Shown: piece after piece, positions 1 through 11,400 of the stretch
Position numbering within the stretch: position 1 is the stretch's first letter
How the letters are laid out: each line of letters starts with the position of its first letter
Source of the DNA: Macrostomum lignano
Lineage: Eukaryota
Assembly: GCA_002269645.1 (NCBI GenBank)
Contig: NIVC01003115.1
Coordinates: forward strand, 54,554-118,553
DNA: 64,000 bases
Direction: 5' to 3'
Translations under genes and position numbers: made by a program
The notes under the pieces: model-generated
Databases searched by the model: none
What the model saw: the letters and a program-made list of their open reading frames with translations, nothing else
Told to the model about the DNA's origin: nothing

Positions 1-9
1 GTTCTCATT

Positions 10-262
10 GTCGTCAGGGGCGATTCTCACAGCGTCTTCAGGGGCGATTCTAACAGCGTCTTCAGAGGCGATTCTCAGTGTCTTCAGGGGCGATTCTCAA
101 AGCGTCTTCAGGGGCGATTCTCATAGCGTCTTCAGGGGCGATTCTCATAGCGTCTTCAGGGGCAATTCTCATAGTATCTTCAAGGGCGATTCTCACAGCG
201 TCTTCAGGGGCGATTCTCAGTGTCTTCAGGGGTGATTCTCATAGCGTCTTCAGGGGCAATTT
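10..262. repeat. Minisatellite, 21-23 bp unit (agcgtcttcaggggcgattctca-like)
   Basis: Directly visible tandem copies; explains ORFs 8..235 and 78..413. Confidence 0.9.
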
Positions 263-409
263 GGAAATTACGTTAGTAACGTTAGCACGCAGTGAGCAAA
301 CAAAAGTGTATTTATTTGGCAAATTTGAAGAACCAATTGCAGAGTATGAACTCAAATCACTACAAATGACAAAGTATATTTCTATACATATCGGTAGACC
401 GCCGTGCCG

Positions 410-963
410 CTAAACACCGGCCTCCTCGGCGCCGTCTCCGCGAAAGCGCCGGACCGTCCTTGTCAGCCGGGCGATCTCGGCCGGGCCGACCCGGCAGCAG
501 CCGCCGATCCAACGAACCCCCAGCTGCAGCCAATCAGAGACGAGCTCCTCCGTGATTGGCTCCTCGGCGCCACCGTAGTCTCCCAGATTCGGATAGGCCA
601 GCAGGGTTTTCTCGGCCGCCGCCGGCGCCAATTCCCGCGCCGCCCGGGCGACGTTTCTCGGCGCCACGATGCAGTTGACGCCCAGGCCGAACACGGAGCC
701 GCAGGACATCAGCAGGGGGTCGGCGGCTGCCTCGGCCAGCGACTCGCCGGCGCAGGTTTTCATGCCGTCGCGGCTGGCGAAGGACAGCCAGGCCGGCAGA
801 CCGGGGAACTCGCGCAGCAGCTGGACGACCGCGCGGGCCTCGCGCAGCGACGGCAGAGTGTCGAATGCCAGCAGATCGGCGCCCGCCGCTGCCAGGGCCT
901 CCACGCGAGGTCGGTGCCAGCGGGCCAGGTCCTGCGGGCGGAGGCATGCCGGGATCTCATTGG

Positions 964-1028
<65 letters not shown>

Positions 1029-1050
1029 CCTGTCTTAGTGTCTGTCTGCC

Positions 1051-1099
<49 letters not shown>

Positions 1100-2763
1100 G
1101 CCTGTCTGTCTGTCTGTCGGTCCGTCTTCGCTAGAGAAATTCCATATCCAACAAATTAGAGACGCTCTCTAATCCAGGTGACTAACCTCCTCGGTCATGG
1201 ACGCACAGTAGTCCCCGGTGAACTCGGACAGGTCGCACTGGGCCGCGCCGTACGGGCCGCAGGAGCCTGCAACCAGCACCCGGCGGCCGCAGCCGGACTC
1301 CTCCACTGCCCTCCGGGCCAGCCGGACCCCCGAGCTCAGCGCCTCTGCCGCCAGCGACGGCGTCATCGAGTCCGGCAGCGCCTCCACGAAGCTGTCCACA
1401 TTGGCCTGGTAGGTGTTCGTCTCGATCACCTCGGCGCCAGCGTCTATGAAGTCGCGGTGGATCGCCACCACGAGCTCTGGGTCATCTAGCAGCAGCCGGC
1501 AGCTCCACAGGCGATGGCCCTGCGGGGATCGAGATGGCACCATCGAGATTGCAGATGTTGCTGCCACTACAGTGCATTTCCTAACACCGCATTAACTCCC
1601 TCTAGGTCTGACTGTGGACAACCACTTCCTTCCCTGCCACTCAAGCGCGCCCACCTCCCTCCCTGCCCTTCCAGCACACCCACTTACTCCCTACCCTTCC
1701 AGCATACCCATCTCCCTCCCTGCGCCTCCAGCACACCCATTTACTCCCTGCCCTTCCAGCACACCCATCTCCCTCCCTGCCCCTCCAGCACACCCATCTC
1801 CCTCCCTGCGCCTCCAGCACACCCATTTACTCCCTGCCCTTCCAGCACACCCATCTCCCTCCCTGCCCCTACTGCACACCCATCTCCCTCCCTGCCCCTC
1901 CAGCACACCCATCTCCCTCCCTGCCCCTCCAGCACACCCACCTCCTTCCCTGCTCCTCCAGCACACCCACCTCCCTCCCTGCTCCTCCAACACACCCACC
2001 TCCCCTCCAGCACACCCACCTCCCTCCCTGCTTCTCCAACACACCCACCTCCCTCCCTGCTCCTCCAACACACCCACCTCCCTCCCTGCTCCTCCAACAC
2101 ACCCACCTCCCTCCCTGCTCCTCCAACACACCCACCTCCCTCCCTGCTCCTCCAACACACCCACCTCCCTCCCTGCTCCTCCAACACACCCACCTCCCTC
2201 CCTGCTCCTCCAACACACCCACCTCCCTCCCTGCTCCTCCAACACACCCACCTCCCTCCCTGCTCCTCCAACACACCCACCTCCCTCCCTGCTCCTCCAA
2301 CACACCCACCTCCCTCCCTGCTCCTCCAACACACCCACCTCCCTGGGCCCCTCCAGTACACCCACCTCCCTCCCTGCCCTTTCAGCACAAACGCCTCCCT
2401 GCCTCTCCAGCACACCCAACCTCTCTCCGCGCCCCTCAAGCGCAGCCACCTCCCCACTGCCCCTCTAGCACACCAGATTCCTGACTCCCGCCACTCCAGT
2501 GCATTCACAACCCTTCCGCAGCCTCCCTGTTATTTAGGAGGCAGTTGCATTTGCATTGGAGGAATTCAGTGCATGTGCGAGTATTCGCCTAAAGCGGCTG
2601 TTTTAATATCGCAATTTTCGTTACAAATTCCAAAATTCCGTACTTTTCACACAGCCAGAAGCCAGCCAGAACTCACATCGATATGCAAATTGGATCGGTC
2701 AATAGCTTGCACCCCGAATCCGCCGTCAATCACTTTGATGCTATTCAAATCCTCTTGCAGCAT
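410..2763 (-). CDS. Homocysteine S-methyltransferase family protein (~313 aa, 3 exons)
   Basis: Exons 2763-2677, 1519-1187, 931-410, all GT-AG phase 0. Joined protein MLQEDLNSIKVIDGGFG...LWSCRLLLDDPE...TNTYQ...VAGSCGPYG...GADLLAFDT...GVNC...YPNLG...IGGCCRVGP has the HMT motifs and the Zn-binding Cys (GVNC, GGCC). Confidence 0.92.
965..1120. repeat. (TCTG)n microsatellite in HMT intron 2
   Basis: Direct observation. Confidence 0.95.
1620..2470. repeat. C-rich ~29 bp minisatellite in HMT intron 1
   Basis: Unit ccagcacacccacctccctccctgctcct and variants; generates the spurious Pro/His-rich ORFs. Confidence 0.9.
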
Positions 2764-3269
2764 AACTGTACGACTGATTGATTGGCGCTGCTGCTGCTGC
2801 TAGACCGCAAAGCAGGTGAAAATTGCATGAAAATTGCAATAATTTCAATATTTTTCCAGATAGCTAGAGATGAAAATAGGTTTGAAAATCTGCCCTGCTC
2901 TCAAATTTTTAGTAAACTCAGACAAAATAAACCGGATCTAAAGTCAAATAAACAGTTTGATCACGCAGATAGTGTAGCAAAACAAAATAAACAGTTTAAA
3001 GTGCAAAGTGTGTTGTATTTACTAAATCAAATTCGGTGAAATGCACAACACTAAACTGAATTAAGCAAAGAATGGACTATTTAAAAGATTAACAGTGCTA
3101 AACATAAATATCCGAACCATTCGAGCATTTTATTGCATTTACTTAAATTTTAAAATGCGATAAAATTAATAAGCACCAATACAATAAGACTGTTATTAGC
3201 TATCTATTTTGACATGTGTGTTTTGAACAGACAAATGTTTACAGACACCACTGTATCCTGTTTACTTTG

Positions 3270-3870
3270 CAGACACTACTGTAGCCTGTTTACAGACACT
3301 ACTACAGCCTATTTACAGACACTACTATAGCCTGATTACAGACACTACTAAAGCCTGCTTACAGACACTACTACTGTAGCCTGATTACAGACTACTACTG
3401 TAGCCTGATTACAGACACTACTATAGCCTGATTACAGACACTACTGTAGCCTGATTACAGACACTACTATAGCCTGATTACAGACACTACTGTAGCCTGA
3501 TTACAGACACTACTGTAGCCTGATTACAGACACTACTATAGCCTGATTACAGACACTACTGTAGCCTGATTACAGACACTACTGTAGCCTGATTACAGAC
3601 ACTACTGTAGCCTGATTACAGACACTATTGTAGCCTGCTTACAGACACTACTACTGTAGCCTGATTACAGACTACTACTGTAGCCTGATTACAGACACTA
3701 CTATAGCCTGATTACAGACACTACTGTAGCCTGATTACAGACACTACTATAGCCTGATTACAGACACTACTGTAGCCTGATTACAGACACTACTGTAGCC
3801 TGATTACAGACTACTACTGTAGCCTGATTACAGACACTACTACTGTAGCCTGATTACAGACACCAGTGTA
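3270..3870. repeat. 23-bp minisatellite (acagacactactgtagcctgatt), intergenic
   Basis: Direct tandem copies. Confidence 0.92.
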
Positions 3871-3944
3871 GCCGTTTTACAAACGTTTTGGCCAGCATAT
3901 ACCAACTACACTACTGACACCAGTAGCATAAGCAGCGCATTCGG

Positions 3945-6900
3945 CTACAAGCTGGCCAGCCGGGCAGCCAGTCGATTCAATTTCTGCTTTCGCAGGGCTC
4001 TCAGCAGAGCCGGCAGGCTGGCACCCTCGTATTGGGTGGACCACAGCCGCAGCGCATCGCAGCACTGGCCGCGCAAGTCCAGCGGTTGGCGCGCCTGCGC
4101 GCACTCGATGTCATCCTCGGCGACGCCGAGATCGCGCGTTATGGCGCGCCAATTCTCCAGCGCCAGCGCGTTTGAACAGACCAGATCGAGATGGGCGCGG
4201 CTGATTGCCGGTTGCTGGCTAGCGGCACCGATGCCGGAGGGCTCCGACTGCGGACTGACGGCCACGAGTGGTGGGATGGACACCTGCGAGATACCTGGGC
4301 GGTTGGAAAATTTGCTAATTTGTAACTGTGGATTTGATATTCGCTGTTTTGAGTGAGATTCGCATATGAACTGGAGTGAGAGTCGCCCATAAACTTGGGT
4401 GAGTCGCCTACAACCTGGATGAGAGTCGCCTATAAACTGGGGTGAGACTCGCCTACAAACTGGGTGAGACTCGCCTACAAACTGGGTGAGAGTCGCCTAC
4501 AAACTGGGGTGAGACTCGCCTACAAACTGGGTGAGACTCGCTTACAAACTGGGTGAGAGTCGCCTACAAACTGGGGTGAGAGTCGCCTACAAACTGGGTG
4601 AGACTCGCCTATAAACTGGGTGAGACTCGTCTACAAACTGGGTGAGATTCGACTATAAACTGGGGTGAGACTCGCCTACAAACTGGGTGAGACTCGCTTA
4701 CAAACTGGGTGAGAGTCGCCTACAAACTGGGGTGAGAGTCGCCTACAAACTGGGTGAGACTCGCCTACAAACTGGGGTGAGACTCGCCTATAAACTTGGG
4801 TGAGACTCGCCTACAAACTGGGTGAGACTCGCCTACAAACTGGGTGAGACTCGCTTACAAACTGGGTGAGACTCGCTTACAAACTGGGTGAGAGTCGCCT
4901 ACAAACTGGGGTGAGAGTCGCCTACAAACTGACTGGGGTGAGAATCGCCTAGAAACTGGGTGAGACTCGCCTACAAACTGGGTGAGACTCGCCTACAAAC
5001 TGGGTGAGAGTCGCCTACAAACTGGGGTGAGACTCGCCTACAAACTGGGTGAGACTCGCTTACAAACTGGGTGAGAGTCGCCTACAAACTGGGGTGAGAG
5101 TCGCCTACAAACTGGTTGAGACTCGCCTATAAACTGGGTGAGACTCGTCTACAAACTGGGTGAGATTCGACTATAAACTGGGGTGAGACTCGCCTACAAA
5201 CTGGGTGAGACTCGCTTACAAACTGGGTGAGAGTCGCCTACAAACTGGGGTGAGAGTCGCCTACAAACTGGGTGAGATTCGACTATAAACTGGGGTGAGA
5301 CTCGCCTATAAACTTGGGTGAGACTCGCCTACAAACTGGGTGAGACTCGCCTACAAACTGGGTGAGACTCGCTTACAAACTGGGTGAGACTCGCTTACAA
5401 ACTGGGTGAGAGTCGCCTACAAACTGGGGTGAGAGTCGCCTACAAACTGACTGGGGTGAGAATCGCCTAGAAACTGGGTGAGACTCGCCTACAAACTGGG
5501 TGAGACTCGCCTACAAACTGGGTGAGAGTCGCCTACAAACTGGGGTGAGACTCGCCTACAAACTGGGTGAGACTCGCTTACAAATTGGGTGAGAGTCGCC
5601 TACAAACTGGGGTGAGAGTCGCCTACAAACTGGTTGAGACTCGCCTATAAACTGGGTGAGACTCGTCTACAAACTGGGTGAGATTCGACTATAAACTGGG
5701 GTGAGACTCGCCTACAAACTGGGTGAGACTCGCTTACAAACTGGGTGAGAGTCGCCTACAAACTGGGGTGAGAGTCGCCTACAAACTGGGTGAGATTCGA
5801 CTATAAACTGGGGTGAGACTCGCCTATAAACTTGGGTGAGACTCGCCTACAAACTGGGTGAGACTCGCCTACAAACTGGGTGAGACTCGCTTACAAACTG
5901 GGTGAGACTCGCTTACAAACTGGGTGAGAGTCGCCTACAAACTGGGGTGAGAGTCGCCTACAAACTGACTGGGGTGAGAATCGCCTACAAACTGGGTGAG
6001 ACTCGCCTATAAACTGGGATGAGATTCGCCTACAAACTGGGGTGAGACTCGCCTACAAACTGGGTGAGACTCGCCTACAAACTGGGGTGAGAGTCGCCTA
6101 CAAACTGGGGTGAGACTCGCCTATAAACTGGGGTGAGAGTCGCCTACAAACTGGGGTGAGAGTCGCCTACAAACTGGGGTGAGATTCGCCTACAAACTGG
6201 GTGAGACTCGCCTACAAACTGGGGTGAGATTCGCCTACAAACTGGGTGAGACTCGCCTACAAACTGGGGTGAGACTCGCCTACAAACTGGGGTGAGAGTC
6301 GCCTACAAACTGGGGTGAGAGTCGCCTACAAACTGGGGTGAGACTCGCCTACAAACTGGGGTGAGACTCGCCTACAACCTGGATGAGAGTCGCCTATAAA
6401 CTGGGGTGAGAGTCACCTACAAACTGGGGTGAGACTCGCCTACAAACTGGGGTGAGAGTCGCCTACAACCTGGATGAGAGTCGCCTATAAACTGGGGTGA
6501 GAGTCGCCTACAATCTGCTACAAACTACGTAGACTGGGATGAGCCACAGCACTCAAAAGGCTGAAATAACCGCTTCAAACTTCTCACCATCGGCACGAAA
6601 CTCCAGGGAAGCCGCTTTCAAAGCATCGTCAGCAGCGACGCGGCCAATCCAACAAGCGGCATCGCCAACCAGCGGCGGAATGAGAGGCGAACCGCAACCG
6701 ACATCGCCGCCACCGTCAGCAACGGTGACAGACGCGGCATCGGTGACCCGGCAGTCGGGCGGCTCGGCCAGCCAGCGATAGTCGGCCAGCAGGGAGTCCC
6801 TGAAGGTCGCCAGCAGCCGGTCGGAATCGCGCCAGTCGATCAGGCGGATCAGCCGGCGCACCTTGGCTTCGCGCGACGCCAGCCGGTCGATCTCCAGCGC

Positions 6901-7011
6901 CTCGGCCGGGCTCAGCAGGCCGGGGCCGATTAGCCGGTCAAGGACGTCATCCGGGTGCAGATCAGCAGCCAGACGGTCGCGGGATTGGTGCAGCCAGGTC
7001 CGAAGCTGCAT
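3945..7011 (-). CDS. CRADD: CARD + Death domain adaptor, CRADD/RAIDD-like (~257 aa, 2 exons)
   Basis: Exon 1 7011-6588 (LHQSRDRLAADLHPDDVLDRLIGPGLLS...SREAKVRRLI, CARD-like), phase-1 intron, exon 2 4294-3945 (ENWRAITRDLGVAEDDIEC...RGQCCDALRLW...LLRALRK, Death-domain-like). The CARD-linker-DD order is that of CRADD; orthology is not tested. Confidence 0.72.
4375..6515. repeat. 22-23 bp satellite (gtgagactcgcctacaaactgg) with ~518-bp higher-order repeat, CRADD-like intron
   Basis: Tandem copies; variant gactggggtgagaatcg recurs at ~4931, ~5449, ~5967. Confidence 0.92.
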
Positions 7012-7119
7012 CTGCTACTGTTAGTAGCGCGAGCTTATTTTAAATTATCTGAAAGCGATAAAACCACAATGTTGACTGAGTTCGCTTAAGAATGGTAGAG
7101 AGTTCAACCAGGTAGCTAG

Positions 7120-7590
7120 CGAATGCAACCATACGGTAACCATAGAAACCAAATGCAACCACACGGTAACCATAGAAATCAAATGCAACCACACGGTAAC
7201 CATAGAAACCAAATGCAACCACGCGGTAACCATAGAAACCAAATGCAACCACACGGTAACCATAGAAACCAAATGCAACCACACGGTAACCACAGAAACC
7301 AAATGCAACCATACGGTAACCATAGAAACCAAATGCAACCACACGGTAACCACAGAAACCAAATGCAACCACACGGTAACCACAGAAACCAAATGCAACC
7401 ACACGGTAACCACAGAAACCAAATGCAACCATACAGTAACCATAGAAACCAAATATGCAACCATACGGTAACCATAGAAGACAAATGCAACCATACGGTA
7501 ACCATAGAAACCAAATGCAACCAGTTCAAAATCAGATGCCTCCAGGAAACTAGAGAAACTAATGTCAACAAGGTAACCATAGAAACAAAA
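7120..7590. repeat. 30-bp minisatellite (gcaaccacacggtaaccatagaaaccaaat)
   Basis: Direct tandem copies, intergenic between STK36 and the CRADD-like gene. Confidence 0.92.
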
Positions 7591-8455
7591 TAGCCACGTA
7601 CGTAAACAAGATAAAGGCAGAAACATTGACCCGGTTATATTATAAATCATAAATATTCATAACTAAAATTAGCGAATGCTTTGAAACTGTACTTTTCAGA
7701 CAATAATATATTTAAATTAAACAATAATAACGCATGCAAAATGGACGAAATCATTCGTGATACGCGGTGTCGTAGGTAAGGTAGAATATTAGGTCAGAAA
7801 AATTGTCAGAAAAGCGGCTTGTACGGGTAAAAAGTGCATGAATTTGGTGTTCAATTCCAAAACTAACAGGACGGTTCCGATCGCAAAAAGCTTGGAATGC
7901 AGATATTAAGGACGGGCTGATGTAATGGACGGACACGGTGAGAACTATAAATCAAGCAAAGCTTTATACAAAACGGAACAAACTACTCAGTCAACAGGGA
8001 GTAAGTAGTACCTGCCGCTTCCGGAATTTAAACTTGATTACTTTTTAAAAAAGGCACAAAGTCAAATCGTGACTACTTATAGTAGCTGCAGAGGAATAAT
8101 TTTACGCTACAAATAGATTTTTGTGCTAAATAAAAGTCACGTGACACTTGATTCAACTTTGAACGGAATGCCGTGACTTCTACTTATAAATTTAAATTCT
8201 AATTACAAAAAACAGCTTGTTGCATCAGAGGAAACGACTGACAGACAATTTGCGCAAGATTTAGTCTTGATACGCACTTTACAGTGGGTTTTACAGACTG
8301 CTAACAACTGATTTTCCAGCGCATGATAAAGTCGCGTGACTAATTATGCGCTCAGGGTGTAAACAAGTCACGTGACTAAGCGAACATCCAGTGTGTACAA
8401 TAAAGTCACGTGACCAAATTTTACACCAGTGCATAATCAAGTCACGTGACTTCCA

Positions 8456-11400
8456 TCAGGACTGCAGCAGCGCCAGCAGCTGGGCGGAGTGCGGCAGGCC
8501 GTTCAAGCGCCGGTCGGTCTGCAGCGGCCGGGACAATCCCAGCCGCTTGGCCTCGGCCAGCAGTGCCGGCTGCCGACCAATGAGAACGCGCAGGGAGCTC
8601 AGGCAGGCCTCGCGAACCTCGGCCACCGGGTCGGCCCTGGCGCAGTCCAGCAGATTCGCGGCCGCCTTGCCGGCAATGAGCGCCCGGTTGAGGCCGCCGC
8701 CCGGGTGCAGGCCGAAGTTGCCGATGGCGGCGGCGGCGCACAGGCGGACCTTCGCCGAGCGGGACTTCAGCAGCTGCAAGGCGGGCGCCACGGCCGGTTC
8801 CAGCTTGGCGTACAGACTGTCGCTGTTGAAGGCGGCGTTGCTGCACACCAGCAGCGCGTTTTTTACCGCCGTATCGTCGGAGCCCGGCCGACTAAACAGG
8901 CCGACAGCCTCGGACAGCGGCCGGGGGCAGCGCAGCAGCGCCTGGCAGGTGGACTCCGGGCCCGCCTTCAGCAGGTTGGCCAGCAGGTTCAGCGCTCGCG
9001 ACTGCACCACAGGCCAGGACGATTCGCCAATTAGGCGGGACAATGCGGACAGGTCCGGGTCACGTGACTGTGGGATGAATCGATTACGTGATTGAATTAT
9101 AATTTACACATAAAGTCATGTGGCTTTTGAAGCGGATTTTAGTCACTGTAGAAAAGTTAATGCCGCGATATGGTGCTAGGCAGGCATGAAGAATAACTCA
9201 AGGGCCGCTTGCACTTAGCAGGGCCGGCTTATATTTGGCTATGACTAATTGCGTAATACGAGCTAAATCAATTATTGAAGTGAGTGGTTGGCTGTACGTA
9301 CTTGTACGGGGCAGTGATAGCGCTGGACCAAGTGAGCGAGGGAGAGAGAGAGGGAGGCAGATGTACACTGCCCCACAGTCACGTTGCGATTGAATTCGAT
9401 TTTGTCACGTGACTATTTAATCTGATTTTAGTCACGTGACTATTTAAGCAGATTTGTTGTGTTCTCCGCTTCTTTATTGAATCGAGTTGAAGTCGTGAGA
9501 CACAAACTACTGTGAGTTCGAAACTCAATATGAGCTCTTGGCTCTCCTATGCGCTTGTGTATGTTTTAGCTAGCGATCGCTGGCTTCAAGCCCATACCTG
9601 TAGAGCGCGAGCTCCACAGCATGTCTATGGCTGAACAGAAAATAAGAATAACACTTTGTATAAAGTACATGTAAAAGCACACACAAACCAACAAGATTTT
9701 AGTCACGTGACTATATAAGCAGACTTAAGTCACGTGACTATTTAAGCAGACTTTAGTCACGTGATTATTTAAGCAGATTTCAGTCACGTGACTATGTAAG
9801 CAGATTTTAGTCACGTGATTATTCAAGCAGATTTCAGTCACGTGACTATATAAGCAGACTTGAGTCACGTGACTATGTAAGCAGATTTTAGTCACGTGAT
9901 TATTTAAGCACATTATAGTCACGTGACAGGTTCGGACTCTGATCACGTAACAAAACCCAACGAATATATTCACATTAAGCATGCACACCCGCTGGGCTCA
10001 CCGTGAGAAGTTGCAGAATAGGCTGCACAGCCTTGTCAGACACTCTGGCCAAGTGCGACAGCATCACTAGACAGTCGGACTGGCAGGCCAGCAGCTGGTG
10101 CTGCCGCCTCGCCGTGGCGTCCCGTTCGATGGGACCGGTGCCAGCGGCGGCGGACTTCGGCCGCATAGCAGCCTCCTGGTAGACAATGCCGGCTAGGAGG
10201 CTGGCGATCTGGCAAGGGAAAATGTTTGACCTCTTTCCAATTATCAAATTCTCGGGTAAACGGCGGGAGTAACTATGGCTGTATTTTAAAAGCAAAGTGT
10301 CTCGTCTTTTAAAAAGTTAAAAATAGTTGCATATAAGTGGTTACAATGGCTGAATTAAGGCTGAACCGACCTCACGCCGCTGGATCAGGTCGATCATGGT
10401 GTCGACAAGCACCGGCTCGCAGACCAGCAGCCGGCTGGCCAGCTCCAGCGGCACGTCGCGCTGCTGCTCGGGCACGAATTTGAGTAGAGCATGAAACAGG
10501 CTGCTGAATAGGCCGTTGTCCACTAGGCCGCTGCAGGGATAGGAAGTGCGTGGCAAGGTTAGATCCCAGCACACAACGTGATGATGTCAGCAGCAGTGAT
10601 CCCACACCCCATCTGCAGATATCAGCAGCAGTGATCCCAGACCCAGTCTGCAGATGTCAGCAGCAGTGATCCCACACCCCATCTGCAGATATCAGCAGCA
10701 GTGATCCCAGACCCCATCTCCAGATGTCAGCAGCAGTGATCCCACACCCAGTCTGCAGATGTCAGCAGCAGTGATCCCACACCCCATCTGCAGATGTCAG
10801 CAGCAGTGATCCCACACCCCATCTGCAGATGTCAGCAGCAGTGATCCCACACCCAGTCTGCAGATGTCAGCAGCAGTGATCCCACACCCAGTCTGCAGAT
10901 GTCAGCAGCAGTGATCCCACACCCAGTCTGCAGATGTCAGCAGCAGTGATCCCACACCCAGTCTGCAGATGTCAGCAGCAGTGATCCCACACCCAGTCTG
11001 CAGATGTCAGCAGCAGTGATCCCACACCCCATCTGCAGGTGTCAGCAGCAGTGATCCCACACCCCATCTGCAGATGTCAGCAGCAGTGATCCCACACCGC
11101 ACTCACTGAACAATAGCGGTCAGAGTCTCTTCATCGCAGTCCAGCCCGAAGGGGAAGCAGAGCAGCTGGCAGCAGGACAGCACAATGTCGGCAATGATCT
11201 CCTGAGAATTCACCTGAGCCGCTTGGCTGAAATTGAATGCCAGAATGGAATGCTAAAAAACGGCTGAGTGCCTAGAAAATGTAGTGCAGGTGTATCAGTA
11301 GCAGTACTATGCAGTGCTCAGTGAAGAAGTTACTTTTAACCCATTTAGGAGACAACAACCAACTCGATAATGACAGGTACAGAGTGATAGAAAATTGATT

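Noticed and set aside
1530-1567. Frameshifted HMT start (NLDGAIS / MAATSAIS) in ORF 1169..1567
   Set aside because: The true N-terminus (KVIDGGFG) is in the upstream exon 2763-2677, which splices in phase to 1519.
410-2763. Bacterial (mmuM-like) horizontal transfer of the HMT gene
   Set aside because: Has two canonical spliceosomal introns and the same composition as neighbouring exons; the family is widespread in animals.
1514-2803. Pro/His-rich 429-aa ORF and overlapping antisense ORFs
   Set aside because: Products of the C-rich minisatellite in HMT intron 1.
9596-9631. Apparent small STK36 exon (ttcag|...cag|gtatgg)
   Set aside because: Phase 1/1 in a phase-0 intron and gives an immediate TAG in phase 0; flanking exons join correctly without it.
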